64,000 bases of DNA from Somniosus microcephalus (lineage: Eukaryota): NCBI GenBank assembly GCA_052327205.1, contig CM126228.1, positions 45,446,001 through 45,510,000 on the forward strand, read 5' to 3'. How positions within the stretch are numbered: position 1 is the first letter of the stretch; every line of letters starts with the position of its first letter. The notes under the pieces are model-generated. The model did no database searches and had not been told where the DNA came from. It saw only the letters and a list, made by a program, of their open reading frames with translations. Shown piece by piece: positions 63,443 through 64,000 of the stretch. The translations under genes and the position numbers were made by a program.

Positions 63443-63673
63443 ATGGATACTCAGAGGCCGAGGGAGAGAGCGCAGCGCGTTAACGGCCAGGCTTTGGTGG
63501 CTCTGGTCGGCGCAGTTGATCGTCGACGGGCAGAGAGTGGCAGGAGGCCATTGCCCTGTGAGTTTACAAGAGTCTGGAGGGAGGTGGCCCAGCATGTGTC
63601 ATTGCGGAGCCTGGTGCACAGGACACATACAGAGTGTCGTAAAAAGTTCAATGACCTCACTCGGGTGGTCAGG
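63443..63673 (+). CDS. Harbinger Myb/SANT-like DNA-binding protein (NAIF1/MSANTD-like), exon 1
   Basis: W.EVA..V......RT..ECRKKFNDL motif; phase-0 donor AGG|GTGAGT. Confidence 0.72.
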
Positions 63674-63903
63674 GTGAGTACCTGCTTTTCAAAACCTCTA
63701 TATCCCACCATCTCAACCTCACTCTGTGCATAGACGGTGTAAATACCCAAATGCCCAACACTCATCCAACAACTATGGCCATCTCATATAACGCACATGC
63801 ACATCCCAGACCCTGCAGACATTAATGGCTATTCAGCTATGGTAGGCACATCTGCCAAACACATGGTTGCACACTCACTCACACGCTATCCCTTTTTGTG
63901 CAG

Positions 63904-64000
63904 GCCAAGCTTTCACATAACCTCCGAGAGACCCAGCGGACAGGAGGAGGACAAGCAGAGCTACACCTCCTCCCAGAATTGGAGGAGAGAGTCCACGGTC
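63904..64000 (+). CDS. Harbinger Myb/SANT-like protein, exon 2 (partial)
   Basis: Acceptor CCTTTTTGTGCAG|; in frame AKLSHNLRETQRTGGGQAELHLLPELEE. Confidence 0.68.

Larger units (their letters stand above)
63085..64000 (+). mobile_element. Younger Harbinger element, left end (runs out of the window)
   Basis: Terminus GGGGCAAAAATT resembles the MITE TIR; GGCGC-rich subterminal repeats; Myb/SANT gene follows. Confidence 0.7.

Overview
Repeat-rich vertebrate genomic DNA, very probably a cartilaginous fish (shark): it carries HE1-type V-SINE, SacSINE1-type DeuSINE, shark-type CR1 and Penelope ends. The only host gene recognised is the large first coding exon of MINAR1/KIAA1024/UBTOR (+, ATG 8948, donor after 11107). 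No later exon was found, so 11108-64000 is most likely one intron of more than 52 kb. It is filled with nested transposons: CR1, L2, RTEX-like, Penelope, Harbinger (fossils, a MITE and a spliced Myb/SANT gene), and a Mag-type Gypsy containing a second Gypsy that in turn contains a CR1 tail; a Rex1/Babar copy lies upstream of the exon. There is also a solo LTR, a 4.3-kb G-rich minisatellite and a 2927-bp tandem duplication. The most striking observation: the inner Gypsy has no tRNA primer-binding site but has an exact 11-nt sequence at the PBS position complementary to its own LTR, the geometry of Tf1-type self-primed reverse transcription, in an element that does not look like a chromovirus. 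Family names come from recalled motifs, not database searches, and many boundaries are approximate.
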